Shown piece by piece: positions 46,679 through 55,080 of a stretch of 57,472 nt of DNA (within the stretch, counting starts at the first letter, position 1; each line of letters opens with the position of its first letter). The stretch is from Myxococcota bacterium (lineage in GTDB: Bacteria > Myxococcota_A > UBA9160 > PR03). The stretch is taken from positions 1-57,472 of the forward strand of contig JBFIML010000027.1 of NCBI GenBank assembly GCA_041611735.1, read 5' to 3'. Under the pieces are notes generated by a model. The model was not told the origin of the DNA. It did no database searches and saw nothing but the letters and a program-made list of their open reading frames with translations. The position numbers and the translations under genes are program-made.

Positions 46679-47080
46679 TTGAAGACCGTAAAGCTAGTCG
46701 CAATCGCAGTCGTCGCATACGTGGGAATCATCGTCGCGTTTGAATCACTGATCGGGTACTTCCAGCCCGCTGACCGGTCGACCCTCGTCATCACCACCTT
46801 CGATGGCGACGGAGTCCCATATGACCGGGTCCTGTCCCGCCTCGAGAGCAATGGCCAGCTCTACGTGGCAGCCAACCACTGGCCCCGTGCCTGGTACGAC
46901 CGCGTGCTGGAGAAGCCGGAGGTGCAGGTCACGCTGGATGGCGAGAAGGGCGACTACCGGGCCGTGCCTGTCACCGGAGTGGAGCGCGATCGGGTCGCCG
47001 GCGAGAACAGACTGGGGGTAGTCCTTCGGATCCTGACCGGCTTCCCGCCCAGATCGTTCGTCCGGCTGGATCCCCGCTAG
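46679..47080 (+). CDS. Cassette: N-terminally anchored split-barrel (deazaflavin/nitroreductase-like) protein
   Basis: TM helix then LVITT..GQLYVAANHWPRAWYDRVLEKPEVQV; TTG start, SD GAGG. Confidence 0.7.
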   Translation: MKTVKLVAIAVVAYVGIIVAFESLIGYFQPADRSTLVITTFDGDGVPYDRVLSRLESNGQLYVAANHWPRAWYDRVLEKPEVQVTLDGEKGDYRAVPVTGVERDRVAGENRLGVVLRILTGFPPRSFVRLDPR

Positions 47081-47122
47081 CGGGTGGTCGGGCGGGGCCG
47101 CCACGGCGAGCACCCTTCGGCT

Positions 47123-47259
47123 GCCCAACAACGCGCTGCAGCGGACAGCGCTTGGCGCCCGGCGCAATCGCTTCGTGGTAGACTCTGGCAGCGTGCGCCC
47201 GCGCCTCGCCGCTGTGGGTCAGCGCGGTGCGGCGCAACTGAGCGCCCGGTCCGTTGGGC
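47123..47259 (+). repeat. attC site A (137 bp)
   Basis: R'' GCCCAAC, L'' GCTGCAGC with extra G, L' ACTGAGC, R' GTTGGGC. Confidence 0.88.
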
Positions 47260-47302
47260 GGATCCAGAACGCACCGGCCGCAGCAACGGCGGGAAATCAA
47301 TC

Positions 47303-47566
47303 GTGGGCGATCCCGTACATTCCTTGATCCTCGATCTTCTGGAGTGGATCGCACCTCGGCCGAGGTCATACGCAGAGGTCATCGACGCGTGGCGCACCTC
47401 GTGTCCTCGGCTTCCCGTCTGGGAGGAGGCCACCGATCGCAGGTATGTCGAACTCCGGGAAGGAGACACTGGCATCCCGATGGTCTGCCTGACGTCGCGC
47501 GGTCGCGAGTTCCTGAATCGGCATCGGGGAGTCGAACGCACGCCCGGGACCCCTGGCGAACGATAG
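47303..47566 (+). CDS. Cassette: small hypothetical protein (WRTSCPRLPVWE motif)
   Basis: Single ORF bracketed by attC A and B. Confidence 0.75.
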   Translation: MGDPVHSLILDLLEWIAPRPRSYAEVIDAWRTSCPRLPVWEEATDRRYVELREGDTGIPMVCLTSRGREFLNRHRGVERTPGTPGER

Positions 47567-47586
47567 AACCTGATTTGCGCAGCACC

Positions 47587-47716
47587 GCCCAGCGAGGCGC
47601 TGCAGCTGGCGAGCAAGTTCCAATCGATGCGTGGTACCGTTTGGCATCGAAGTCGGGCGCTTCGGTCGAGCCACGGAGGCGCTGTGACTCGCGGGTGGGC
47701 GCCAAGTCCGTTGGGC
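47587..47716 (+). repeat. attC site B (130 bp, degenerate)
   Basis: R'' GCCCAGC, L'' GCTGCAGC, R' GTTGGGC; L' eroded. Confidence 0.75.
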
Positions 47717-47737
47717 GGCGCTGGATCGGAGGGTCCT

Positions 47738-48190
47738 GTGAAGCGAGTGGCCGAGCTGCGCGACCTCTCAGACGACCACCACACAGGGCTCGTGCTCGCG
47801 CGCCGGTGCAAGCAAGCCGGCCGCGCAGACTCCGATCTTTCCGCCGAGCAGGTTTGGGAGCAGGTACTCGAGGCGTTCTCGAGCCACCTGGAGCCGCACT
47901 TCCAGATCGAGGAGCAACATCTTCTTCCGGCGTTGGAAGCCATTGGGGAGGCTGCACTCGCTGCGCGAGTCCGCCAGGACCACAGCGCTCTCCGTACGCT
48001 ACAGAGGATCGAAGTCCCCAACCGAGCGTTGGTCAAACGCTTCGGCGAGCTTCTCGAATCGCATATCCGTTACGAGGAGCGCCAAGTGTTCGAGCCTACC
48101 CAAGAACGGCTGCCGGCTCGTGCCCTCCAGGCCATCGCAGTGGCTTGCCAAGCCATCCCGCGGGTTTGCCCCGCCTCGCTCAAGGTGTAG
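47738..48190 (+). CDS. Cassette: hemerythrin-domain protein
   Basis: [30 protein letters not shown]. Confidence 0.85.
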   Translation: MKRVAELRDLSDDHHTGLVLARRCKQAGRADSDLSAEQVWEQVLEAFSSHLEPHFQIEEQHLLPALEAIGEAALAARVRQDHSALRTLQRIEVPNRALVKRFGELLESHIRYEERQVFEPTQERLPARALQAIAVACQAIPRVCPASLKV

Positions 48191-48199
48191 CGCCGGGCT

Positions 48200-48333
48200 G
48201 CCTGACAAGGGGGTGCAGCCGCCGTGGCACAGCGCGTTCCAAGCGACCGATGATAGAGTCTGGCATTGAACTTGGGTGCCTCAGCGGCCGTCGGCGGCGT
48301 GTGCCACGCGGATGAGCGCCCGTTCCGTTGGGC
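48200..48333 (+). repeat. attC site C (134 bp)
   Basis: R'' GCCTGAC, L'' GGTGCAGC, inner stem GTGGCACA/TGTGCCAC, L' GATGAGC, R' GTTGGGC. Confidence 0.82.
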
Positions 48334-48349
48334 GGCCACCAGACGAGGC

Positions 48350-48675
48350 GTGACACTTCTTGAGTACATCGCGGCCGCCTTCCAGCCCGAGTCGAGGTCC
48401 TGGGTCCATGCAAGCTGGGTCTGCCTCGGTATCTTCTTGATCAGCCTGACCTGGTGGTTCTTCTGGTCGTACCAAGAGGTCAACTGGAACTACGCCCGCT
48501 TCCTGATCGCCCTCCTCCCAGTCGGCCTCCTCTACGTCCTGGCAGCCCGGCAGCCGGGTGCCCGATCCGTTGCCGGCGTCGCCGCGACTCGGAGGCCTGC
48601 CGCATGATCCCCTTCATCGTCCTGGTCGTCGTCCTCTTCGTGGGGTTCCTGATGGCCGCGCGATTGGAGTCCTGA
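48350..48675 (+). pseudogene. Cassette: probably internally deleted membrane-protein gene
   Basis: MTLLEY..SWVHASWV..WWFFWSYQEVNWNY segment, followed by a separate 23-aa hydrophobic tail (48604-48675) in another frame. Confidence 0.5.
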
Positions 48676-49224
48676 ATGGTCGCGGGGCATTACGCAATAT
48701 CGCTGGTGGCCTACGAACGGCATCGGGAAGGACCGCTCTGGCTCTTTCTGATCGCCGGGATGTTTCTCGACATCCTGATGATCCTACTGGTGCTCGTCGG
48801 AGTCGAAGAAATGGCTCCAGGCCCAGGCGCCACTCGCCCCGGCTTCTCCACCATGGTCATCGACATGTCGTATAGCCACGATCTCGTCCCAGTCGCCGGG
48901 TGGGCGGTCGCAATGACCGCAGCTGCCTACCTCGTAACGCGGAACCGGGGAGCGGCAATCTGGGCGGGCGGTCTGGTCGTGCTGCATGAAGTGGCGGATC
49001 TTGTATCCGGGTTTCCGCATTTCGTGCTCGGTCCCGACAGCCCCGCAATCGGACTCGGACTCTACATCCATGCGCCCGTTGGCGCGCTCGTCGCCGAATT
49101 GCTGGTGGCCTTGGCCTGCGTTTGGTGGTTCAGCACGCGTACAAGACTCGCTGGCAGACGGCAGCTGGCACTGTATCTCCTATCCTTCTTGGGCGTTGGG
49201 GCGCTCCTGCCCATGGCGCTGTGA
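48676..49224 (+). CDS. Cassette: membrane protein, putative metal-dependent hydrolase family
   Basis: MVAGHY..PLW..FLDIL..MSYSHDL..LHEVAD; followed by attC left end. Confidence 0.72.
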   Translation: MVAGHYAISLVAYERHREGPLWLFLIAGMFLDILMILLVLVGVEEMAPGPGATRPGFSTMVIDMSYSHDLVPVAGWAVAMTAAAYLVTRNRGAAIWAGGLVVLHEVADLVSGFPHFVLGPDSPAIGLGLYIHAPVGALVAELLVALACVWWFSTRTRLAGRRQLALYLLSFLGVGALLPMAL

Positions 49225-49233
49225 CGGCCCGCC

Positions 49234-49275
49234 GCCCAACAAGACGATGCAGCGGATGTGGCACGGCGCGTTCCA
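49234..49275 (+). repeat. attC site D1 (left half only)
   Basis: GCCCAAC-AAGAC-GATGCAGC-GGATGTGGCACGGCGCGTTCCA, similar to left arm of site C. Confidence 0.7.
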
Positions 49276-49453
49276 CCCCGCATCACATCGGGGCGGTCAC
49301 CGGCCGGGCCAGCTGCAGCGTCTGCGATCACGGTCCCGCAGTTTCAGAGGGCCCGCGAGCTGGCCGTGGAGCCGTTTCGGACCCATCAGATCCGTCGGCA
49401 CCTGCGCGCAACGCCCGCTGCTTCGCATCATGCAATTCGGACTCCAGCATGCC

Positions 49454-49606
49454 GCCCAAGTCGCGGGACGAGTCCATCCCGTCACTGCCCGGACACGGCC
49501 GGCTGCGCCGTGACGAAGGGTGCTAGGGTCTGGGCGTCGTGGCTCGAATGGCCCGGCGCCGGCGGTCGGTGCTCGCGGCGCAGCAGAGCGCCTGGGCCGT
49601 TTGGGC
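49454..49606 (+). repeat. attC site D2 (degenerate)
   Basis: GCCCAAG ... TGCTAGGGT ... GCAGAGC-GCCTGGGCC-GTTTGGGC. Confidence 0.6.
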
Positions 49607-49629
49607 GGCGTGATCGGAGACCCCGGCAG

Positions 49630-50028
49630 ATGTCCCCAATCCAGCCCTTCGTCATCCACGAGCAAGAGTGCGAATTCGAGCGGTGGGATGAGCCGGCAGC
49701 CGGGCGGGTTCGGTGGCGGACTCTGCTGAGCGGAGATCGCACGCCAACCGAGTCACTCACCCTGGGCGTGGCTGAGCTGGAATCCGGTGAAGCGAAGGAT
49801 TTTCGCCCACACCGGCACGCGCAGGCGGAGGTGTATTACATCCTTTCGGGGGAAGGAACCGTCACCATCGCAGGCAAGGAGTATCCGGTACGGGCAGGCT
49901 CCGCGGTCTTCGTGCCCGGTGACGCTGTGCACGGAGCGCGGAACACTGGAAGGGAGCTGCTCCGGCTACTCTACGTGTTCCCCGCTGACTCGTTCGATGA
50001 GATCGAGTACGAGTTCCCCTCCTCGTGA
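49630..50028 (+). CDS. Cassette: cupin domain protein (DddW-like)
   Basis: HRHAQAEVYY and PGDAVHG cupin motifs; C-terminal SFDEIEYEF. Confidence 0.85.
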   Translation: MSPIQPFVIHEQECEFERWDEPAAGRVRWRTLLSGDRTPTESLTLGVAELESGEAKDFRPHRHAQAEVYYILSGEGTVTIAGKEYPVRAGSAVFVPGDAVHGARNTGRELLRLLYVFPADSFDEIEYEFPSS

Positions 50029-50045
50029 GACTCCAGCCGCACGCC

Positions 50046-50172
50046 GCCCGACAAGGCGCCGAGGCCGCACCGCCCGGCGCAATCGGTCCGTGAGACGGTC
50101 CGGCGGCGGGCGCCGGCATCCCTCGCTACCGGTCAGCGCCCGCGGCGCCGCTGAGCGCCCGGTCCGTCAGGG
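50046..50172 (+). repeat. attC site E (degenerate, related to site A)
   Basis: GCCCGAC ... CGCCCGGCGCAATCG (15 bp shared with A) ... GCTGAGCGCCCGGTCC-GTCAGGG. Confidence 0.72.
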
Positions 50173-50184
50173 GGCGGCAGTGAC

Positions 50185-50610
50185 ATGACGGACACCTTGG
50201 CGACGTTGGGGAGCTCGCCGCGACCTCGCTGGATGAGCGCGCTCGCCATCTTCTGCCTCGCAACGGTGCTGTTTCTCGTTCCACGAGATCTCTTCTTCGC
50301 CGAAACCCGCGACGTGGAGGTCTGGCTCGGATTCGAGCTCCGAGGAACTCTCGCGCTGGCTACAGCGCCGCTTCACTGGGCCATCTTTCTGCTCGGCGCC
50401 TGGGCCTTCTGGTTTCGGCGCCCCTGGATCCTGCCGTGCGCCGCAGGCTATCTGTTCTACATTGGAATCAGCCACCTCATCTGGAGCGAGGCCAGCCCGA
50501 ATGGGCGAGGCTGGCCTTCGGGCCTCGCACAGGCTCTGGTGATTTCAGTCCCGGGCGTCCTGCTCCTGCGCGCTCACCGCCTGACGAGGCGCGAACCAGC
50601 GGTGGAATAG
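50185..50610 (+). CDS. Membrane protein of unknown function
   Basis: About four hydrophobic segments; starts 12 nt after attC E. Confidence 0.72.
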   Translation: MTDTLATLGSSPRPRWMSALAIFCLATVLFLVPRDLFFAETRDVEVWLGFELRGTLALATAPLHWAIFLLGAWAFWFRRPWILPCAAGYLFYIGISHLIWSEASPNGRGWPSGLAQALVISVPGVLLLRAHRLTRREPAVE

Positions 50611-50623
50611 GCTCCTGGCGAGC

Positions 50624-51232
50624 GTGCCGAACCTGTTCAGCGGCTTCCGCGTCTTGTGCGCCCCGGTTCTGCTGGCGCTGGCGTGGCAGGGCGCCCCGGG
50701 CGCCTTCCTGACCCTCTTCGCTCTCGGGCTCGTATCCGACGTGTTGGATGGCGCGCTTGCCCGGTGGCTTGGCCAGGAATCGGACTTTGGGGCCCGGCTC
50801 GACCAGTGGGCCGACTTCGCGCTCTGGGTCTCATTTCCGCTGGGCGCCTGGTGGCTCTGGCCCGATGTCGTTCGCCGGGAGGCAAGCTACGTGGTTCTTG
50901 CCGTTGTTTGCCTCCTGCTACCCACGGCGTTGGCCTACGCAAAGTACCGGGCGGTTCCCGGCTATCACACCTGGTCGGCGAAGCTGGACTCGGTCCTGAT
51001 GGGGATCGGCGTGCCCCTGCTCCTGGTATTCGACGTGGCCTGTCCGTTTCGTCTCGCAAGCCTCTTCCTGTTGGTGTGTGCGGTCGACGAGATGGGCATC
51101 ACCTACCTTCTGCAGGAGTGCCGGCACGACGTGCCGTCGGTCTTTCATGCTGCGCGGCTGCGGAGAAGCAGAGCCGAGCAGTCGATCGGTGCTTCTGCAA
51201 TGGGTGGCTCGAGCGAGGTGACTCCCGAGTAG
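50624..51232 (+). CDS. CDP-alcohol phosphatidyltransferase family protein
   Basis: PNLFS, SDVLDGALAR..GARLDQWAD motif. Confidence 0.9.
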   Translation: MPNLFSGFRVLCAPVLLALAWQGAPGAFLTLFALGLVSDVLDGALARWLGQESDFGARLDQWADFALWVSFPLGAWWLWPDVVRREASYVVLAVVCLLLPTALAYAKYRAVPGYHTWSAKLDSVLMGIGVPLLLVFDVACPFRLASLFLLVCAVDEMGITYLLQECRHDVPSVFHAARLRRSRAEQSIGASAMGGSSEVTPE

Positions 51233-51375
51233 CGCAATCCGATCTGGGCGCCCCGACGCGCCGTCCCCTGGCCACCCCGGGCTCGGCTGCCTGGGGTGCT
51301 AGGCTTCTCTCACGGGAGCGCCCACGGCAAGACGTCCGCGGCAAGAGGTTCGCGGCAAGAGGATGGAGGGCGGGG

Positions 51376-52038
51376 GTGGCGCAGGTGCTTCTATACGGCT
51401 GTCTCGTGGGCATCAGCCTGATCCTCTTTGCGTTCCCCAGGAGACTCCGAGCGCCCGTCGGGTGGCTGGCCGTCCTGGTGGGCGTCGCGGTCTTCGCCAT
51501 ACGCCTGCAACACGAGGGGCCGTATGCCTTCCCGGAGCGTGGAAACCTGCTCTCCGGGGTCCTCGCCCTGGTGGCGGGGCTCGCGCTTCTCGGGCCGTGG
51601 CTCGGAGGCGAGCGATCCACATCCCTGCTGACGCGCGCCGTCCTGGTGGCGACCCCGATCGTCGTCTTCTTCGGGCTCTACGCCACCCTCTCCGAACTCG
51701 AAGAAGTGGTCGTACTCCGCACCAGCGATGAACGAGGCGATACCCGGGACCTGCGTCTCTGGGTGGTGGACCACGAAGGGACGCCCTGGGTCACCATGCC
51801 CAGGTGGAAGGCCGAGGCGCACGGGCTCACGGACACTCGTGCCGAGCTGCTTCGGCGTGGCGCCATGGGTTGCGTGATCGCGAAGCGTCACGAGGACTAC
51901 GCGACCGTGGACCAGATCTTCCGACTCCGTCACGAGAAGTACCGGATCCAGCGGCTCGCCACCGCCCTGGGGATCTTCGGTCGATCCGTGGGCAGGGACG
52001 TAGTGACCCTCCGCCTCGCGCCATGTCCCGCTCCCTGA
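51376..52038 (+). CDS. Membrane protein with C-terminal split-barrel-like domain
   Basis: Four TM segments then EVVVLRT..LWVVDHEG..EKY; SD GGAGG; extended -10 TGCTAGGCT at 51297-51305. Confidence 0.65.
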   Translation: MAQVLLYGCLVGISLILFAFPRRLRAPVGWLAVLVGVAVFAIRLQHEGPYAFPERGNLLSGVLALVAGLALLGPWLGGERSTSLLTRAVLVATPIVVFFGLYATLSELEEVVVLRTSDERGDTRDLRLWVVDHEGTPWVTMPRWKAEAHGLTDTRAELLRRGAMGCVIAKRHEDYATVDQIFRLRHEKYRIQRLATALGIFGRSVGRDVVTLRLAPCPAP

Positions 52039-52060
52039 TTCCGGGACGGCGAAGCGGCCC

Positions 52061-52444
52061 GTGATCGCCGCTCTCGAGACGGCGATCCAGCGTGGGGACT
52101 CGGCTGCGGTGCAGGACCTTCTCGCCGACGGCGTCAATGCCGATTCCCGTGACCGATACGGCCAGACCGGCCTCATGTTGGCGGCCCACGCCGGGCACGT
52201 CGAGATCACGCGGACCTTGATCGCACACGGCGCCAGCCTGGACATCACGGCGAAGTACGGCTTGAGCGCTCTGATGCTCGCGGTCGTTGGCGGGCACGCA
52301 GAGGTGGCGCGCCTTCTCTTGCGAGCCGGCGCGGATCCGTCCTTGCGGGGCGTCGGTGCGCCGGGCTTCGCGGACAAGACCGCCTGCGACCTGGCCATGG
52401 CTCGCGGCATGGAAGACCTCGCCCGAGAGCTGAAACCCCGCTGA
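52061..52444 (+). CDS. Ankyrin repeat protein
   Basis: GQTGLMLAAHAGH, GLSALMLAVVGGH repeats. Confidence 0.9.
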   Translation: MIAALETAIQRGDSAAVQDLLADGVNADSRDRYGQTGLMLAAHAGHVEITRTLIAHGASLDITAKYGLSALMLAVVGGHAEVARLLLRAGADPSLRGVGAPGFADKTACDLAMARGMEDLARELKPR

Positions 52445-52755
52445 GGATCCCTCGCGGCCGGAGAGCTCGCCGACCGCCTGAAGCCTCTACCCAGCTCCGC
52501 AGTCCTCGAGATGAGCAGGGATCCGGGTTCTTCGGCGCCTGGGATATCCTGCCGGTCGAACGGAGGGTCCGGCGCCCCGGTCGGGGTGGGCTGTCGGCGG
52601 AGTGCGCGATCGGTTCGGGCGCCAGTGGGCAGGGAGGGTGGGCAAGACGATGTACGGTGCCGACTTCGTTGCGTTCGTGGAGTCCGAGATCGCCGAGATC
52701 GACGTAGCCCAGCGCGGCGCCACCCCGGGCCAGCCCGTCCGGCGGCGAGACTAGG

Positions 52756-53352
52756 ATGGCGGAACCCGCATCCATCAAGCTCTACTTCGATTACAAGAGC
52801 CCATTCGCGTTTCTGGCCATGCAGCCCGCTTTCGATCTACCCCAGCGGTTCCACGTGGAAGTCCGCTGGATTCCCTATCTGCTGCGGATCAAGGGCAAGG
52901 GAGAGCGGAGCATCTACTCCGAGTGGAAGGCCCGCTACTCCTATATGGACGCGCGAAGGTGGGCCAACCGAAGAGGAGGGTTTCCGATCAAGGGACCCCA
53001 GAAGGTCTACGATTCGACGGCATCTCTGATCGGCGGGCTCTACGCTCGGGAGCATGCCTTCTTCAGAAACTACACCGAGGCGGTGTACGCCAGGTTCTTC
53101 AATCGTCAGCTCGAGATCGACCTTCCCCAGGAGATCGCAGGCCTGGTCGACGAGCTGGGGCACTCCGGTGCCGATTACCTCGCCTGGTCCGAGGTCGAGG
53201 GCAGAGCGGAGCTCGACCGCTGCATCGAGGAAGGTCATCAGGACCACATCTTCGGCGTTCCGATGTTCCTGTTCGAAGGCGAGGCCTTCTGGGGTCACGA
53301 TCGGATCCCTCTGCTGGAGGAGCGCCTTTCGGAGCATGGTCTCCGGCTCTAG
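52756..53352 (+). CDS. 2-hydroxychromene-2-carboxylate isomerase/DsbA family protein
   Basis: YFDYKSPFAFLA, IFGVPMF, FWGHDR. Confidence 0.92.
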   Translation: MAEPASIKLYFDYKSPFAFLAMQPAFDLPQRFHVEVRWIPYLLRIKGKGERSIYSEWKARYSYMDARRWANRRGGFPIKGPQKVYDSTASLIGGLYAREHAFFRNYTEAVYARFFNRQLEIDLPQEIAGLVDELGHSGADYLAWSEVEGRAELDRCIEEGHQDHIFGVPMFLFEGEAFWGHDRIPLLEERLSEHGLRL

Positions 53353-53439
53353 GCCGAGCCTGCCGGAGCGCCTGGCTCATCGGGCCCAGAGGCGGCGTGC
53401 CGGCGGTCCGAGCCGCCACCCACCGGGAGGGAGCAACCA

Positions 53440-53910
53440 ATGGCGAGCACGCTGATCCTTCTGGCTGCGGCGGCGCTCGGTCTCTCGGCAGGGGCCTTGC
53501 TGACCGAGGGCGCAGTCCTCGTTCCCTTCTGGCGATCATTGCCGCCCGACTCGTTTCTCGACTGGTACCGCGAGAACGGGGCACGGCTGCTGCGATTCTT
53601 TGGACCACTCGAGATCCTGGCGGCGCTGCTGGCGTGCCTGGCCGCGGGCGCGAGCTGGCTCCAGGGGAGTTCCCATGCGCCGCTGCTGGCTGTTTCCGGA
53701 TGCCTGGCGCTCGGGGTGGTCGGGACATTCCCGGTGTATTTCCAACGCGCCAATGCCAGCTTCGCCGAGGCAACCATCGAGAGCGACCGCGTTGAGGATG
53801 AGCTGCGCCGCTGGAGCCGCTGGCATTGGGCGCGAGTCGGCCTGGCTGCCGCTGCCTTCCTTGCAGCTCTCCTGGCCCTGGTTGCTGCGACTCCGGGAGC
53901 TGCCTCCTAG
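53440..53910 (+). CDS. DUF1772/anthrone oxygenase-like membrane protein
   Basis: [30 protein letters not shown]. Confidence 0.75.
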   Translation: MASTLILLAAAALGLSAGALLTEGAVLVPFWRSLPPDSFLDWYRENGARLLRFFGPLEILAALLACLAAGASWLQGSSHAPLLAVSGCLALGVVGTFPVYFQRANASFAEATIESDRVEDELRRWSRWHWARVGLAAAAFLAALLALVAATPGAAS

Positions 53911-53952
53911 CGTGAGGTCGGTTTCCCGCCGGGGTGGGGAGGTCCGCGACCC

Positions 53953-55071
53953 ATGAAGCTCTACATCACCGAGACGTCTCCCTACGCGCGCCTTGCGCGA
54001 ATCGTGCTCCTGGAGAAGGGACTCGAGAGCCGGGTCGAGATCATCGCGGCTCGGACCCGTACTGCGGAGAGTGCGTACTATCGCATCAATCCGTCAGGAA
54101 GGGTTCCGTGCCTCATCCGTGACGACGGAGTCGGGCTGGAAGGATCCGCTCTCATCTGCGCCTACCTGGATCACCTCGATGGCAACCCAGTCTTCCAGCA
54201 ACCCGCAGGAGAAGCAGCCTGGGAAGCCCAGCGTCTCGAGGCGCTGGCAAGAAGCCTGCTGGATGGTCATGCCGTCTGGGGTCGCGAGCTCCAGCGGCCT
54301 CGACCCGAGCGCTCGCCCGCACTCCTCGAGCACGAGGCAGGCCGCAGCGGCCGCCTGGCGGACCTCTGGGAGCGGGAGATCGACCATCCGCTCATGCGCA
54401 GCGCCCTCAACATGGCGCAGATGACGCTCGTTTGTGCTCTCGGCCTCGAAGCTCGCAATCCCGATCTACGCTGGCGGCCGGGACACCCGAGGCTCTCCCA
54501 CTGGTTCGACCAGCTTGCCTCGCGCGCCTCCTTCGCAGCCACCGTGCCACCCTCCGGACCGAGGTTGGCATCGTCGCCGGGAGAGCGTCGGAAGCCGACT
54601 GCGAAGCTCGAGATCGAGGCGATCGGTCGGGTGCACGCTCCTCGCGTCGACCTGGGGGACGATCTCTGGGGCGGCCTCGAGTCCCGCATCGTGCTCGACG
54701 AGCGGTTCGAAGCCGATGCCTTGGAAGGGATCGACCATTTCTCCCACGCCGAGGTCGTCTTCGCCTTCGACCGAGTCGATCCCGGCAAGGTGGTCCGCGG
54801 AGCACGCCACCCCCGCAACGATCCGAGCTGGCCGGCGGTCGGGATCTTCGCGCAGCGGGGGAAGAACCGGCCCAACCGCATCGGGACCACGCTGTGCAGG
54901 ATCCTGCGCCGGGAGGGCCGGGTCCTCCACGTGGCCGAGCTCGATGCCATCGATGGGACTCCGGTCCTGGACATCAAGCCGGTGATGCGGGCCTTCCTCC
55001 CGCGAGGAGAAGTCCGGGAGCCGGAGTGGTCTCGGGAGCTCATGCGCCGATACTGGGCGCACCCGGAGTAG
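53953..55071 (+). CDS. Fusion: glutathione S-transferase domain plus TsaA/TrmO-like SAM-dependent domain
   Basis: N: SPYAR..NPSGRVP; C: RHPRN..VGIFAQRGKNRPNRIG..LDAIDGTPVLDIKP. Confidence 0.8.
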   Translation: MKLYITETSPYARLARIVLLEKGLESRVEIIAARTRTAESAYYRINPSGRVPCLIRDDGVGLEGSALICAYLDHLDGNPVFQQPAGEAAWEAQRLEALARSLLDGHAVWGRELQRPRPERSPALLEHEAGRSGRLADLWEREIDHPLMRSALNMAQMTLVCALGLEARNPDLRWRPGHPRLSHWFDQLASRASFAATVPPSGPRLASSPGERRKPTAKLEIEAIGRVHAPRVDLGDDLWGGLESRIVLDERFEADALEGIDHFSHAEVVFAFDRVDPGKVVRGARHPRNDPSWPAVGIFAQRGKNRPNRIGTTLCRILRREGRVLHVAELDAIDGTPVLDIKPVMRAFLPRGEVREPEWSRELMRRYWAHPE

Positions 55072-55080
55072 GGGGAACCC

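Noticed and set aside
46564-50172. CRISPR array or REP/MITE repeats
   Set aside because: Repeats are 127-153 bp, divergent, separated by whole genes and have attC R/L box layout
51334-51362. Short direct repeat CGCGGCAAGAGG x2
   Set aside because: Too short; no evidence of function
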